Positions 62,328 through 64,000 of a stretch of DNA of 64,000 nt are shown one piece after another. The stretch's first letter is position 1. Each line of letters starts with the position of its first letter. Below the pieces are notes generated by a model that was not told the origin of the DNA, did no database searches, and was given only the letters and a program-made list of their open reading frames with translations. This stretch comes from Octopus sinensis (lineage: Eukaryota), in contig NC_043006.1 of assembly GCF_006345805.1 (NCBI RefSeq), positions 95,666,001 through 95,730,000 of the forward strand, given 5' to 3'. The position numbers and the translations under genes are program-made.

Positions 62328-62561
62328 GAGTGAGAGAGATGTAGCTGTTACTTTGGACTGCTTGGATGACCACGTGATAATGGTTTTGCTGCCGTTGATT
62401 CTTCTCGATAGAAGCATTGATCATTTCGAAAAATATCGTCCAATCAAATGATTACATGCAGAAGGTTTCTCATACCAATAACCACTTTATTAGAAACTTT
62501 CATGTTGATACAGCTAAAACAAGCAAACCCACATATGAGTAACTACATGTGTGTATATAGC

Positions 62562-62886
62562 GAAGGCGTGTGAGCCAGTGGTTAGCTTATTCGGCTCACG
62601 GTCGTAAGGTCGTGGGTTCGATCCCCGGCAGCACTGTTGTGTCCTTGAGCAAGACACTTTATTTCCCGCTGCTCCAGTCCACTCTGCTGGCAAGAAAGAG
62701 TTGTACCTGGAGTTCAAAAGGGGCCGGCCTTGTCACGACCTGTGTCACGTTGAATCTCCCTGATTGCTATGTTAAGGGTACGCGTGTCTGTAGGGTGCTC
62801 AGCCACTTGCTCGTTAATATCACAAGCAGGCTATTCCTTTGATCGGCTCAAGTGGAAGCCTTATCGTCGTAACCGACGGAGTACCA
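62562..62886 (+). mobile_element. tRNA-derived SINE (family B 3' end, different head)
   Basis: cagtggttagc..gggttcgatcccc..gtgtccttgagcaagacacttt..gtcgtaaccgacggagtacc. Confidence 0.8.
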
Positions 62887-63259
62887 GTATGTGTGTGTAT
62901 GTGTGTGTGTGTGTGAATGAGTCTATAAACAACGGGCACAAGTGAACATTCCGTTCCTCCAACTAAAGATCATGCCAAATTCTCCGTTTTATGACCAACA
63001 GTCTCGTCTTCTGCAGCATTACCGAGCAGTAATGCCTATGATTTTGAAATCCAAACGAAACTTGACGTTTCCTCTCCAGTCTGCACATGCAATCATTTTG
63101 CCAAGCAAGTGGCGGGTCACCACAGATATCAATACCGCTCAAAAAATACTGAATCGCCTGAAACTGCAGTTCAAATAGTGCTGTTGTTTCGGAATCATAT
63201 ACTGAAGCTGAGCACAGTGATGTGAGATAGAGAGTTCTGTCTGATTTTGGTTTCAGGTT

Positions 63260-63460
63260 TTGGCACAAAGTCAGCAATTTCGGGTTAGAGGCTACTCGAT
63301 TATATCGACCCAGTGTTCAACTGGTACTTATTTTATCGATTCCCATATGAGGAAAAGCAAAGTCGACTACTGCGGAATTTGAACTGAGAACGTAAAGACA
63401 GGTGAAATGCCGCTAAGCATTTCGTCCAGCGTGCTAACGATTCCACCACCTCACCGCCTT
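63260..63460 (-). mobile_element. SINE family C
   Basis: tggcacaaag...cgacccagtgttcaactggtacttattttatcga...gcggaatttgaactgagaacgtaaagac...ctcaccgcct. Confidence 0.8.
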
Positions 63461-63822
63461 GAAAAACTCGGCCCAATTTTAGAAACAAACTCCTTCAGAC
63501 AGCTTTCCTATTTGCATGAGATAAGTGTATTTCTTTGCATTTTATCAAATAAATTTCTCTGAATATTTTCTGCCTTCGATTTTTCAAGCTTATCGGCGAC
63601 TAGTTCCTCAAGAAATATGTTAGAATTGGTGATGTTTATTATATTTTCTAGTTTATGTTTATTAATGATCGCTTTAGAAAATCGATATTCGGGAATCGGT
63701 ATCTTGTAAATATACGTGAAAACAATTACGTGCATTAAAATTAACCACGTTCAGCTTGCAATGGCAACAGAAAAGACACAAGAAATAAATCCTGAAATTA
63801 CACCAACGATCATTTATAGCAA

Positions 63823-63999
63823 TCATTTCTTTATATTTAGATATGGCTTTATCATTCCCGAAGAAGGAATCCCTTCTTGGACTCCTTCCACTACTGTTTG
63901 TATCTGGCCGGGCGTGGACATGTAGGCCCTAGATATCCCATCGTTGATGGATCTCTGGATTTTGTCCATTATCTTGTAATCCATTCTATCCCACTGACC
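63823..63999 (-). CDS. Possible coding fragment running off the window edge (unidentified)
   Basis: Open frame GQWDRMDYKIMDKIQRSINDGISRAYMSTPGQIQTVVEGVQEGIPSSGMIKPYLNIKK* in non-repetitive, more GC-balanced sequence; no homology recognised. Confidence 0.2.
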   Translation of the reverse strand, partial: GQWDRMDYKIMDKIQRSINDGISRAYMSTPGQIQTVVEGVQEGIPSSGMIKPYLNIKK

Positions 64000-64000
64000 C

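Noticed and set aside
62942-63277. Overlapping 78-aa and 104-aa ORFs
   Set aside because: No recognisable homology; the longer ORF runs into a SINE.

Overview
This is AT-rich, microsatellite-dense eukaryotic DNA with no host protein-coding gene I can support. The SINE and LINE repertoire suggests an octopus or other cephalopod genome (inference from family resemblance). Almost all ORFs in the track are microsatellite artefacts or retroelement debris. The main signal is RNA-level. (1) A near-identical ~557-bp head-to-tail array (55959-60549, 8 units plus a partial) carries an extended type I hammerhead ribozyme (HHR) in every unit. (2) A second, unrelated 483-bp repeat family (50161-51440) carries a textbook type I HHR and is folded back on itself. 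Both look like non-LTR retrozymes (circRNA-producing, non-autonomous, probably mobilised by Penelope-like elements, PLEs), and both sit in (TA)n tracts. (3) A tRNA-headed SINE carries a minimal HHR in a PLE-like tail; one copy has a 13-bp target-site duplication (TSD) and an inverted tail piece. Site-specific retrotransposition is also prominent: an ORF1-only (HAL1-like) Tx1-type element and a non-coding derivative are stacked at one 15-bp site inside a SINE head, three Tx1-clade copies are stacked in (GATA)n, and Dong/R4-like fragments sit in (TAA)n. The window also has several long palindromes, CR1-group, RTE and pogo remnants, many SINEs and a 100-N gap. All RNA structures were folded by eye and need computational and experimental confirmation. 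Coordinates of degenerate repeats are approximate.
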